Below, one piece after another: positions 7,993 through 17,174 of a stretch of DNA of 23,510 nt; position 1 is the first letter of the stretch; each line of letters opens with the position of its first letter. The position numbers were made by a program, and so were the translations under genes. Origin of the DNA: Polyangiales bacterium (GTDB lineage: Bacteria; Myxococcota_A; Polyangia; Polyangiales; Houyiibacteriaceae); the NCBI GenBank assembly GCA_045106895.1, contig JBGCFM010000132.1, forward strand, positions 1 to 23,510. Reading direction: 5' to 3'. Below the pieces are notes generated by a model, which searched no databases, was not told the DNA's origin, and saw only the letters and a program-made list of their open reading frames with translations.

Positions 7993-9150
7993 GTGTTCCC
8001 CGTGCGTATCTCACTACTACTTTCCCTTCTTGTGGCCGTCGGCTGTGGCGACGACTCAAGCATGGTCATGGACGCGGGCCCCATTGGCGTAGATGCCTCC
8101 ACGGACGGCGGTCCTGACGGCGTCGACGCCGGAGCGACGGATGCGGGTTCGTTGGACTCCGGCTCCTCAGATGCCGGCCCTTCGGACTCCGGTACCAGTG
8201 ACGCAGGCAGCGCCTCCATCGAGTTTACGACGCCGCCCATCGATCCAGGGGTGCCGGTTCGTTTCGCGACGGTCCCTTATGGCGAGCATCCCAAGCAGCT
8301 GATGGACGTCTGGCTTCCAGAGTCCGATGTGCCTACTTCGGTGGTTGTCTTCTACCACGGTGGCGGTTTCGTCGGCGGCTCGCGTAGCTCGGCTCACGCC
8401 GGCGCGGCGGCGATGTTGCGCGCAGTGCTTGGTGCAGGCATCGCGTGGGTTGGCATCGACTATCGCTTCGTCACGGACTCGATGTCTGAGCGCGGCGTAG
8501 AAGATAGCTTGGCGGACTCGCGCCGAGGCCTGCAGTTCATGCGCTTTCATGCCGCGGAGCTGAACATCGACCCGGAACATGTTGGGCTCACCGGCGGGAG
8601 CGCAGGAGCTGGCACAAGTCTCTGGCTCGCCCTTCACGACGACATGGCGAACCCCGAGAGCGACGACCCCATCGAGCGAGTCTCGACGCGTGTGTCCACG
8701 GCGATGGTCTGGGAGACCCAAGCGACCTACGACGTGGTGCGCTGGCCGACGGACGTATTCTCGCCGACGTACCCTCTCACTCCGGAGGAGCTTGTCTCCG
8801 ACGTGAGCATCGCCTTCCAGGTTGTCGCGTTCTACGGCTTGCCCTTTGGCCTCGCATCCGACCCCGACCAGCTGCTCATGGAGCTCAATACGCCGGAGTT
8901 CGTGGAGCTTCGTGCGGATCTCGACATGCTCGCCTGGATGAGCGCGGACGACCCGCCACTCTACCTCCTGAGCGAAGGCTCCGACGTTGCGCCGGACGCA
9001 CGCGGCTTCGATATCTTGCACCACCCGCTTCACGCGATGGCGGTTCGCGAAGCGGCGGCGGAGGTGGGCGTCACCGTCGAGGCCAACGTGCCGGCTTTCG
9101 ACGTGAGCACCGAAGTTGGCAACATCGGGTTCCTCCTGGAGAATCTCTAG
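7993..9150 (+). CDS. Alpha/beta-hydrolase (HSL/BD-FAE-like esterase) lipoprotein
   Basis: Lipobox LVAVGC, oxyanion motif HGGGF, nucleophile elbow GGSAG, and a candidate catalytic His in ILHHP. Confidence 0.88.
   Translation: MFPVRISLLLSLLVAVGCGDDSSMVMDAGPIGVDASTDGGPDGVDAGATDAGSLDSGSSDAGPSDSGTSDAGSASIEFTTPPIDPGVPVRFATVPYGEHPKQLMDVWLPESDVPTSVVVFYHGGGFVGGSRSSAHAGAAAMLRAVLGAGIAWVGIDYRFVTDSMSERGVEDSLADSRRGLQFMRFHAAELNIDPEHVGLTGGSAGAGTSLWLALHDDMANPESDDPIERVSTRVSTAMVWETQATYDVVRWPTDVFSPTYPLTPEELVSDVSIAFQVVAFYGLPFGLASDPDQLLMELNTPEFVELRADLDMLAWMSADDPPLYLLSEGSDVAPDARGFDILHHPLHAMAVREAAAEVGVTVEANVPAFDVSTEVGNIGFLLENL
8125..8214 (+). repeat. Six 5-aa D-[AS]-G-x-x linker repeats
   Basis: DAGAT DAGSL DSGSS DAGPS DSGTS DAGSA, lying between the lipobox and the hydrolase domain. 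Confidence 0.75.
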
Positions 9151-9168
9151 GCCCGGGCGAGATGCAGG

Positions 9169-10866
9169 CTAGCGGGCGGCGGCTGCGCTGAGCTGCTGAA
9201 GCGCCGTCACGTAGCCTTGGGCCTCGGGGCGAAGTCGAGGGTCGGTGACGCAGCCGAGCTGCGCGCTTTGAGCCTGAACCGCCGCGCCGAGGATGGCACC
9301 GCGCTGAGAGGGAGGGGCCTCGCCGGCGGCCTCGAACGCTCGCAGCGTTGCCTGGGCAAGGGCCTCAAAGCACGCGACCTGGGCCGGGGTCGGTTCAGGC
9401 CGCGATGCGCTCGGCGCGGCCTGCTCGAGTGGAAGGTTCGCTGCGTGTCCCATCGCGCCAGCCCACATGTTTCCTTGTAAGGCCGAGTGAAGGTGAATAC
9501 GCGGGACCACTTGGGCCATCCGCTGAAGGTCCCTGTCGCCGGCTTCTTCCGCGACGCGGACGGTGTCGATCTCGACGTCGATGACGCCAGGGGGGAGGTC
9601 GCTGCGGTGTTGAATCGCCAGGACCTCACCAAGTTCTTCGGCGCCGATGCGGCTCACGGTGTGAGCGTAGCCAACGGGCTCCGCGAGGACACGCAGCATG
9701 CAGCCAGGGCCGCATCGTTCGAGGGGCCGCGTGACGTCCCGCGGCCGCGTCGCGCCCCCGAAGGTAAAGGCGTCGGGCGCCGCGCCAGTGATGCTCCTCA
9801 GGTCGAGGCTCGAACGAACGGTGACCATCGCCGGCGAAACCTGCGGTGCGATACCGCTCGTTTGCAGCGCGAGGCGACGTTGCCCGGTGGGCGTGAGCTG
9901 CGCCACGGCGATGAGCGAAGCTGGGGCGGCGCGAAGAGACAGAGCGAAGCTCTCCACCTCTTGGCCGAAGGGCGACATGTGCACGAAGGACTGAAAGAGA
10001 GCTTCGATGCCTTGGGTTCGAAAGGCGGCGCCCCGTTGCTCCTCGGCCATCTCTTCGGCGGCAAAGAACATGGCGAAGCCGCGCGCCTGTTGAACGCGGA
10101 TGTGCATCGACATGGGACGGCTCGCGTCGAGAGCCCAGGCCAGGGTGCCTTCGCTGCCGGGGGCTGAAATAAGCTCGCCCACCGCGGCGACGGGTGAGCG
10201 GCTGAGCGAGGCCACCACCCAAGTCCCGTGCTCGAAGAAGCTCAACGTCATGCCGTTGCAATCGAAGGTTGTGGGCGAGAGACCTCGGCAAGCTTGCGCT
10301 GCTTTCTCCGTCAAGCTGGCGCGCAGCACCGCGCTCTGCGTCGCCGGGATGACGATGACGTGGCGCAGCGGAGAGGGAGCGCCGTTGACACCGCTTGCGA
10401 TGGCGGCGCTGAAGTCGTCGGGGGCTTCGCCGATACGGACCACGATTGGGCGTGCACGGTCGAGTCCCTGGATCTGACTCATCACCGCAGCCTCGCGGCC
10501 CGCCATGGCCATGAGCGCTTCGGGGCGGTCGAAGGAGAGCAGCGGAATCATCTCCGGGGGAAGGGCGGGGCCAGCGAGGGATCGCAGAGCGCTCATCGCC
10601 TCGCTCCATTTGTCGAGGCGGAGAGTGAGGGTGACGGCGGCTTTGGAACCGGCCAACACCATGAGCTCGTTCGTCGGTATGGCTGCCGCTCCGACGGGGG
10701 TGCCCACTTGGGCTATTGGCACTCCCGGCGGCGTCGGCACTGCTCCGCCGAGCGGTCCTGGCGGGATTGGGGTGACAGCGGGGCTCCCGCTACTTTCACC
10801 GCAGTTACAGGCCCCGACGAGAAGCAACGAGAGGAGAAGCCCCAGAGGCCGGCCGAAGATTCGCAT
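9169..10866 (-). CDS. Hypothetical lipoprotein, 565 aa
   Basis: Signal peptide with lipobox LLVGAC and a Pro/Gly-rich linker. It is the longest ORF in the interval and has protein-like composition. No family recognised. Confidence 0.8.
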   Translation of the reverse strand: MRIFGRPLGLLLSLLLVGACNCGESSGSPAVTPIPPGPLGGAVPTPPGVPIAQVGTPVGAAAIPTNELMVLAGSKAAVTLTLRLDKWSEAMSALRSLAGPALPPEMIPLLSFDRPEALMAMAGREAAVMSQIQGLDRARPIVVRIGEAPDDFSAAIASGVNGAPSPLRHVIVIPATQSAVLRASLTEKAAQACRGLSPTTFDCNGMTLSFFEHGTWVVASLSRSPVAAVGELISAPGSEGTLAWALDASRPMSMHIRVQQARGFAMFFAAEEMAEEQRGAAFRTQGIEALFQSFVHMSPFGQEVESFALSLRAAPASLIAVAQLTPTGQRRLALQTSGIAPQVSPAMVTVRSSLDLRSITGAAPDAFTFGGATRPRDVTRPLERCGPGCMLRVLAEPVGYAHTVSRIGAEELGEVLAIQHRSDLPPGVIDVEIDTVRVAEEAGDRDLQRMAQVVPRIHLHSALQGNMWAGAMGHAANLPLEQAAPSASRPEPTPAQVACFEALAQATLRAFEAAGEAPPSQRGAILGAAVQAQSAQLGCVTDPRLRPEAQGYVTALQQLSAAAAR

Positions 10867-10951
10867 AGGTCAGAGTCATGCATTGGGCCGGAGCATTCAA
10901 GTGCCCTCTGCCAAGCTTGCGGCGTGCGATAGAGGCGAGCTACGCTGGGCT

Positions 10952-11830
10952 GTGCGGCCGCTCTATTACCTCACACTTGCAGGGCTGATGCTCGCTGCAT
11001 GCACTGTAGACGGCAACGTCATCGACGACCTCCCTTGCGAGTGCGCGGACGACTTCGTCTGCGATGTGACGACGAATCGCTGCGTTCCTGCGGGGACCCA
11101 GACGCCCGATGCCGCCATCGTAGCGGACGCTGGACCGGATGCGGCGGACGCAGACGCAGGACCTATCGGTGGTCCGGACGCTGGGCTCGGCGCAGACTCG
11201 GGGCCCGATGGAGGTCCGGATTCTGGGCCCGATTCGGGACCTGTCCGCGACCCGGATCTCGGTGAGTGCATCGCGGGAGCCGCGGACTTGTTTAGCACCA
11301 TCGACGACGAGCGCTGGGGGAGTACGCGCGACTCTGTTGGTCTGCAGAGCATAGAAGACGAGGTCTTCGTCACCCAAGTCCCGCCGGACAACCGCAGCGC
11401 GTACTCGTTTCTCTTCGCCCGAGAGCGTGTGGACATCCGAGACTGCGCCATCGTCATCGAGATGCCCTCGGCGGAACCCGGCGTCGATGGGTCCGCCTTC
11501 TTCTCCGCGCGTATCACGAACGAACTCGGCGCGCTGGGCATCGGAGTTTCCGGGGACGAGCTTGTCGCCGACTACTACAACGGAAGAGATTCCGTGGAGG
11601 TGTTCACGGCGACCTACGACATCGCGGAACACCGTTGGTTTGCGTTTCGCGGTGACGCGGGACAGGCGGTTTGGCTCGTGTCGGGTGACGGACGTGAGTG
11701 GACGGAAGTGGCGCGAATCGCGGCGCCCATCGACCTCGATGCCTTGCAGCCTTTGTTCGGCGTCGGCGCACTTCGAGACAACGTAGATGTCATCGAAGCG
11801 CGCTTCGACAACTACAATAATCCCCTCTGA
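10952..11830 (+). CDS. Hypothetical lipoprotein: Cys-rich N-module, D-[AGS]-G-P linker and probable beta-sandwich C-domain
   Basis: In-frame GTG at 10952 gives MRPLYYLTLAGLMLAAC (lipobox). The track's 10505 start overlaps the opposite-strand gene. Tandem 12-nt units DSGP-DGGP-DSGP-DSGP lie at 11195-11242. Confidence 0.8.
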   Translation: MRPLYYLTLAGLMLAACTVDGNVIDDLPCECADDFVCDVTTNRCVPAGTQTPDAAIVADAGPDAADADAGPIGGPDAGLGADSGPDGGPDSGPDSGPVRDPDLGECIAGAADLFSTIDDERWGSTRDSVGLQSIEDEVFVTQVPPDNRSAYSFLFARERVDIRDCAIVIEMPSAEPGVDGSAFFSARITNELGALGIGVSGDELVADYYNGRDSVEVFTATYDIAEHRWFAFRGDAGQAVWLVSGDGREWTEVARIAAPIDLDALQPLFGVGALRDNVDVIEARFDNYNNPL

Positions 11831-11831
11831 C

Positions 11832-13298
11832 GTGAGCGTGGACGCACACACTCCTACCGGCGTGACGATCCCCTACCGGCGGCTCCTGCGGCTGTCCGAG
11901 GGAGGCATGGGGCAAGTCGACCTCTGCGTGCGCGAGGACAAGTCCTTTCGGCGCCTCTACGCGATGAAGCGCCTCAAGCCCGGTATACGCGAGGACGCCG
12001 AGTGCCGGATGATGTTCGTCCAAGAGGCTCGCCTCGCCGGTCTCGTTCATCACCAGAACATCGTGAGCGTCCTCGATGTAGGCGAAGACGCAGAGGGTCC
12101 GTTCCTCGTCATGGAGTACGTGGAGGGCGTCACTGCGAACGATGTGCTCAAGAATGCGAGGCAGAGCGAGATCCCGATTCCGGTCAGCGTCTGTCTCGAG
12201 CTCATCGCGCAGGCTGCCCGTGGCCTCGACCAGGCTCACACGCAGACAAGTCACGACGGGACCGCACTGCAGCTCGTTCATCGTGACGTCTCCCCGCACA
12301 ATATTCTCATCGACTTTCACGGCGTCGCGCGAGTGACGGACTTCGGAATCGCGCGGGCGACGGGAAGCAATCACCAAACAAGCACAGGGGTACTCAAGGG
12401 CAAGCTTGGCTACATGGCCCCGGAGGTGCTGCAGTTTGCTCCCGTCGACGCGCGGGCGGACATCTTCGCGCTCGGCGTCGTGCTCTTTGAGCTTCTCGCG
12501 ACGCGGCGTCTCTACGCCGGGAATGACCGCGAGCGCGCTGCCCGCATCGTGAATGAGCCGCCCCCGGACGTTGGGGAAGAGCGTCGGGATGTTCCGCCGG
12601 ACACGCAGGCGCTCGTCGTCTCGATGCTCGCAAAAGAACCGGGGGAGCGCCCTGAGTCAGCCCTGGTCATCGCACAGCGGCTCGAGGCGGAGCTTCGGAT
12701 GCTGCGGGCGGACCCTGACTACTGCGGCCTCTCGGACTACATTGAAGAGCAGTTCGAGGACGTGCGGGAGCGTCGACAGAGCGAGGTCCAAGTCGCCCTC
12801 GATACACCCAAGCCCGACTCTTCGGCCGCCGAAGCCCGCCCGTCTGCAGGCGGCTCAAGGTTGCGCTGGGCCATGGTGTTGGCGCTGGCCCTCGCGGGTC
12901 TCGGCGCCCTCGGCGTAGCGTTCGTTCTTCAAACCACGCGCCCGGCGCTGGAGCCCCGCGTCGCCAAGGAAGAAGCGCCACCCGCGGAGGTCGAGGCGGA
13001 AGTGGCAGACGAAGCGCCGGAGGTGTTTGTTCGCGTCACGACGACGCCGCCGGGGGCACAGATCTTGGGCGAAGGCATCGACGTCCTGTCGCCTGCGACC
13101 CTCACACTTCCTCAAAGCGAAGAGCCCCTGGAGTTTGAGATTCAACATGCGGGGTACCGAACGCGTACGCTCGAGGTGACGCCGAACGGCGATGCGGAGT
13201 TTGAGGTCACGCTCGTTCGGAGACGCCGTCGTCGAAACCGGCGAACAAAGCGAACCACGATGCGGGCGCCGAACGGCCTAAGCGAACTCTGGGATTGA
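11832..13298 (+). CDS. Membrane Ser/Thr protein kinase (Hanks type) with TM helix and C-terminal PEGA-like domain
   Basis: Motifs GGMG, AMK, HRDVSPHN, DFG, GYMAPE and DIFALG. TM segment WAMVLALALAGLGALGVAFVL. PEGA-like VRVTTTPPGA...HAGY. GTG start 1 nt after the upstream stop (alternative 11838). Confidence 0.93.
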   Translation: MSVDAHTPTGVTIPYRRLLRLSEGGMGQVDLCVREDKSFRRLYAMKRLKPGIREDAECRMMFVQEARLAGLVHHQNIVSVLDVGEDAEGPFLVMEYVEGVTANDVLKNARQSEIPIPVSVCLELIAQAARGLDQAHTQTSHDGTALQLVHRDVSPHNILIDFHGVARVTDFGIARATGSNHQTSTGVLKGKLGYMAPEVLQFAPVDARADIFALGVVLFELLATRRLYAGNDRERAARIVNEPPPDVGEERRDVPPDTQALVVSMLAKEPGERPESALVIAQRLEAELRMLRADPDYCGLSDYIEEQFEDVRERRQSEVQVALDTPKPDSSAAEARPSAGGSRLRWAMVLALALAGLGALGVAFVLQTTRPALEPRVAKEEAPPAEVEAEVADEAPEVFVRVTTTPPGAQILGEGIDVLSPATLTLPQSEEPLEFEIQHAGYRTRTLEVTPNGDAEFEVTLVRRRRRRNRRTKRTTMRAPNGLSELWD

Positions 13299-13321
13299 GA
13301 CGTGCTATACCTCGGCCCTCG

Positions 13322-14050
13322 ATGCGCCAGTATCTTGCACCTTTTCTGCTCGTCGCTGCCCTGTCGACGAGCTCACTCGCGACCGCTCAGAGTGATGCGG
13401 ATGTCGCCGCCGCGGTGATGAGGCGGGCCCAAGAGGCCTACGACGAAGGCGACTTCGAGCGCGCGGCGGTGCTCCTCGAAGAATCCGCGGAGCTCTACGA
13501 GGCGCCGGCGATTCACTACAACCTGGCTCGGACCTACAGTGAGCTCTCGCGTTGGGAGGACGCCCGTGACCAGTTTGAGCGTTTCCTGGAGCTCTCTCCT
13601 CAAAGCGAGCGCCGCGACGCCGTCGAGGCGCGCTTGGCGGAACTCGAGCGTCGCATCGCCCGCGAAGAGAGCCTGCGTACGCCGGACCCCGTTGAAGCCA
13701 GCCCCGACGGCGCGCCGGGCCCCGATGCGACGAACCTCGATGTGCCCGAACAGAGCGCGCCACTGAACAGCGCGCCGCTGCTGCTCCTAGGCGGCGGGGC
13801 TGTGGTCGGGCTAGCGGCGATTCCCTTCGGTCTTGCCTCCAGAAATGCCACGGACCGAGCAGCGGAGGCTCCGACTCATCGGGCAGGTTCCCAAGAGCTC
13901 GATACGGCCCGACGTCACGCGCGAGTCACCAACGCATTGTGGATCACCGGCGGGGTGGTTGCGCTCGCCGGTCTGATCTGGGTGTTGGTGAAGCCGCGAC
14001 GCAGCGAGTCCCAAGCAAGCTTTGACGGAACGCTCCACCTGCGCTTCTAG
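13322..14050 (+). CDS. Exported tetratricopeptide-repeat protein with two C-terminal hydrophobic segments
   Basis: ATG 13322 gives a signal peptide (...SSLATA). TPR-like helices AQEAYDEGDFERAA and IHYNLARTYSELSRWEDA...FLELSP. It ends in GTLHLRF. Confidence 0.85.
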   Translation: MRQYLAPFLLVAALSTSSLATAQSDADVAAAVMRRAQEAYDEGDFERAAVLLEESAELYEAPAIHYNLARTYSELSRWEDARDQFERFLELSPQSERRDAVEARLAELERRIAREESLRTPDPVEASPDGAPGPDATNLDVPEQSAPLNSAPLLLLGGGAVVGLAAIPFGLASRNATDRAAEAPTHRAGSQELDTARRHARVTNALWITGGVVALAGLIWVLVKPRRSESQASFDGTLHLRF

Positions 14051-14057
14051 TGTCCGT

Positions 14058-15473
14058 TTAGAGGATGGGCGAGAAGCTCTCGCGGACCTCGCCGAAGTCG
14101 CCGTCGTATCCAACGCCGCGCATGGCCGAGAGGATGACCGAGCCGGGATGGGCTCGTCCGCCGTCGTGGTGCTCGCCGGTGTTCATTCCGCCGGCGCCGC
14201 CCGCCACCATCGCCAGCATATTCTCCGTGGAGTGGGGCGAGTCTTCGTTGCCCGTCGATGGGTCGAGACCACGTCCAGCTTCCTGAACGAACACGAGGGC
14301 CGAGTGGTCGAGGAGCGTGCCGCCATCACCGTCCGGCAAGTCATCGAGACGCTTCGCGACGCGTGCAAAGGTGTCCGTGTGCCAGTTGTACATAGGCACC
14401 ATCCCGTCACGTCCGGCGCTTCCGTTGTGTCCGAGCTCGTGGCAATCCGTAGGCATCCCGGATATGTGCACGGCGCTCATGAACGACGAGTAGTGCGTGA
14501 TGAGCATGGAGGCGACGTGGGTGCGGTCGCAGGCGAAGGCCATGGCCATCAGCTCGCCGAGGGCGATGGCTCGCTGGTCTTCTTGGCCCCAGCCGATGTC
14601 GCGACCGTCGTCGCCGGGCATGACGGAGACGCTTGGGTCCGCGCCCGGATCACTGGGGACTCGGCAGGTCGACACGACCTCCGGGATGTCGGCGATGCGA
14701 TTCTCCAGGTCGCGGATCTCGTCAAAGTGCCGCTCGATTCGGCGACGGTCCACGCGGCCAAGGCGCGCTTCGAGGGCGTTCGCTCTCTCTCGCACGAGGT
14801 CGATGACGCTACGGTCGCGCGTGGCCTGAAGGAGACGGCGTGCGTGCTCTTCGGCGGCAGCACCGTCCGGCGTGAAGGACCCGAAGAGAGTGGCGAAGGA
14901 GGTTCGCGGACTCGTGAGAGGTTGTCGAGACTGAATTTCGCCATCGCGCTCTTCCCAGCTGAGCCATCCGGTTCGTCCTGAGCCTGAGCGATAGTGTTCC
15001 ACCTGCACCCGTAGCTCCAGACTCGCGAAGTCTGTGTCGACGCCGTTGTGGTCGACGATGAGCTGGTCCGCCGTGGGACCGTTGGGAATCGCTCGGTCGT
15101 CAAAGCCGCGCATGCCGCTGAGGAGCGGGCTGCACACGGAGTCATGGGGAGAGCGAACGCGCCCCGCGGCGGGGACTTCCGCGCCGGTTTGCCAGGGGAC
15201 AACCAAGTTGCTGACAATGGAGAGCTTCTCTTGGAGGCCCTCGTAGTCGCCGATGGACGCGATGGAAGGCTTCAGATCATAGCCTCGCCCGGTTCGCTCG
15301 GGCACCGTGTCTTCGATGCGGGGGAGGGCGGTGCCGCCCATGAAGAGGCCGAAGTACTTGGGTCGCGTCGCGCCCTGAGCGGCGGCTGGCGTCATCGCCT
15401 CAAGAACCGGGAGCGCGAGTGAAGCGCCCGCAAGGCCACGAAGGAAGGTGCGTCTTGGGATCTTGAAGCTCAT
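14058..15473 (-). CDS. DUF1552 (HXXSHH) domain protein, Tat-exported
   Basis: Twin-arginine signal IPRRTFLRG...LALPVLEAM. Family blocks PTADQLI, DRSVIDLV, LGRVDRRRIERHFDEIRDLE, MAFACDRT and CHELGH. It is paired with the DUF1592 gene. Confidence 0.9.
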   Translation of the reverse strand: MSFKIPRRTFLRGLAGASLALPVLEAMTPAAAQGATRPKYFGLFMGGTALPRIEDTVPERTGRGYDLKPSIASIGDYEGLQEKLSIVSNLVVPWQTGAEVPAAGRVRSPHDSVCSPLLSGMRGFDDRAIPNGPTADQLIVDHNGVDTDFASLELRVQVEHYRSGSGRTGWLSWEERDGEIQSRQPLTSPRTSFATLFGSFTPDGAAAEEHARRLLQATRDRSVIDLVRERANALEARLGRVDRRRIERHFDEIRDLENRIADIPEVVSTCRVPSDPGADPSVSVMPGDDGRDIGWGQEDQRAIALGELMAMAFACDRTHVASMLITHYSSFMSAVHISGMPTDCHELGHNGSAGRDGMVPMYNWHTDTFARVAKRLDDLPDGDGGTLLDHSALVFVQEAGRGLDPSTGNEDSPHSTENMLAMVAGGAGGMNTGEHHDGGRAHPGSVILSAMRGVGYDGDFGEVRESFSPIL

Positions 15474-17074
15474 GGGTCCACCTGCCTGTAAAGGAAACTA
15501 TCGCTCTGCACGTACGCCGTGACGAGTTCGAGGAACGTGCCGTCTTGGCCGAATCCGTCGACAAGAATCTGAATCGCGGGCTCATCCTCGGGGCGTTCTC
15601 GGCGGCCCGTGGCGAAGCGCCAGTACTGGGTGACGGCGCAGTGCTGCACATCTTCGCTGCCGCGGAGGAGTGCGCCGAGCTCGGCGGGTCCAGAGAAGTC
15701 GCCGAGGGGAACGAGGGCGCCTTGGCCTTCGATCTCGCATTCGGGAAAGGGCACCCCTTCGCCGTCCATGCCGGGCTCTTCCATCGTGCGATAGCGTCCC
15801 TCGAGGTCGTAGTGTTCGAGGCCAAACCCGATGGGGTCCATGAGCGCATGGCAACCGCGGCAAGCGCCATTCGATGCGTGCTCTTCGTATCGGACGGGCT
15901 TGCAGCCATTGGAGGGCGGCGCTTCGTCGACGTCGACGGGGAGGTCGTCGGGGACAATGATATCGCGGCACATGAGGCGTTCGCGCACGAACTTGCCGCG
16001 TCGCGTGGGGCTTGAGTCACCTCGGATGCGGCCGTTAGCGAGGAAGCTGCCGTGTGAGAGCAGACCTGCGCGGCCTTCACCCGGCGGATAAAACCCTGGG
16101 CTCGTGACGCCGTCCACGCCGTAGTGCTCAGCGAGCTCCGGCGTCAGGTAGGTCTCTGGGTACGTCAGGAAGTCGAGCCAAGGAGCGCCTTCTTCGAAGA
16201 TGACGCGCCGGATAAGTGCTTCCGTTTCGTCGCGGAAGAGAGGCGCGAGGTCTGCACGCGCGTCGATGTCGCGGTAGCCGATCCACATGGCATGAAAGCG
16301 TTGCGTTTGCCGCTCTGCGCGTTCGTCGGCGAGCATCCGCGCCGCTTCCGAAGCGAGGTTGCCGCGAAGCCCACCGGATTCGACGAGGTCGAGGAGCGCG
16401 TCATCGGGGCCCGAACCCCAAAGCAGAAAGGACAGGCGCGTCGCGAGTTCGGCGTCGCTCAGCTCGACGCGTCCGTCGGAGTTCGGCTCGCTGCCTTCGA
16501 CGCGGTAGTGGAGCTCAAGGTCCGAGAGCAACACGCGCAGGACGAGCCTTGCACCTTCCAAAGGGTCGTCCTCGGTGGCTCCGAGGGCGGCGAAGGCGTC
16601 AACCTCAGCGCTTGCCAAGGGGCGCCGAATGAGGCGACGGCCGACGCGCGCGGCCAGAAGCGCTGGGCATTCGGCTCCTTCGCAGTCCGCGAGGGCCTCA
16701 AGAGCGCTCATGCTCGGAAGCGCAGCAGCGCTCAAAACCCGCGCCATCTCATCGATGCCGGCGACGAGAGCCGTCGACGGAACCTGGCCTGTGTAGTCGT
16801 TGTCGAAGGGCTCAAGGGGGTCGCCGGGGAGCCCGCTGAGCTCGGCTTCGGAGAGTTCCAGTGCCATTTCGAGGGTCGCCTGGAGCTCGTCGCCGGTCAG
16901 TCGGCGAAGCGCCGTTTGGGGAACGACGGGGTCGCCGAGTTCAGGTCGGGCGAGCGGGTCCGGAACTGGAGGGACACCAGGCTCTAGGCCGGGGTCCGAG
17001 ATGACGCCGTTGCATGCGACAAGGGTGAGCACGAGGGCGGCACGGCTTGCGCAAAGAAGAGGGCTGAACTTCAT
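15470..17074 (-). CDS. DUF1592/DUF1588/DUF1595/DUF1585/DUF1587-type (PSD/PSCyt) lipoprotein with a CxxCH motif
   Basis: LRRLT, ELATRLSFLLWGSGPD, RAGLLSHGSFL, SSPTRRGKFVRERLMC and CRGCH...MDPIGFGLEHYD. Lipobox TLVAC after ATG 17074. ATGA overlap with the DUF1552 gene. Confidence 0.9.
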   Translation of the reverse strand: MKFSPLLCASRAALVLTLVACNGVISDPGLEPGVPPVPDPLARPELGDPVVPQTALRRLTGDELQATLEMALELSEAELSGLPGDPLEPFDNDYTGQVPSTALVAGIDEMARVLSAAALPSMSALEALADCEGAECPALLAARVGRRLIRRPLASAEVDAFAALGATEDDPLEGARLVLRVLLSDLELHYRVEGSEPNSDGRVELSDAELATRLSFLLWGSGPDDALLDLVESGGLRGNLASEAARMLADERAERQTQRFHAMWIGYRDIDARADLAPLFRDETEALIRRVIFEEGAPWLDFLTYPETYLTPELAEHYGVDGVTSPGFYPPGEGRAGLLSHGSFLANGRIRGDSSPTRRGKFVRERLMCRDIIVPDDLPVDVDEAPPSNGCKPVRYEEHASNGACRGCHALMDPIGFGLEHYDLEGRYRTMEEPGMDGEGVPFPECEIEGQGALVPLGDFSGPAELGALLRGSEDVQHCAVTQYWRFATGRRERPEDEPAIQILVDGFGQDGTFLELVTAYVQSDSFLYRQVDP

Positions 17075-17174
17075 GTCTCCAAGGTATGAGGACGCGCACA
17101 AACACGCACTAACGCCGGTGGCGTGTATTCCGGCGCGCCATTTCTTTTGCAAAATGCGCTACCGTCGCCGAGCG
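17075..17174. promoter_or_regulatory. Divergent promoter region with candidate operator dyads
   Basis: About 80-100 bp between divergent starts. Imperfect inverted repeat TGGCGTG-N8-CGCGCCA (17119-17140) and perfect palindrome TTTTGCAAAA (17145-17154). Function is inferred only. Confidence 0.3.

Noticed and set aside
10505..10951. N-terminal extension of ORF 10505..11830; likewise 16800-17153 of ORF 16800..18782
   Set aside because: These extensions overlap well-supported opposite-strand genes. Downstream starts give a proper signal peptide or non-overlapping divergent genes.
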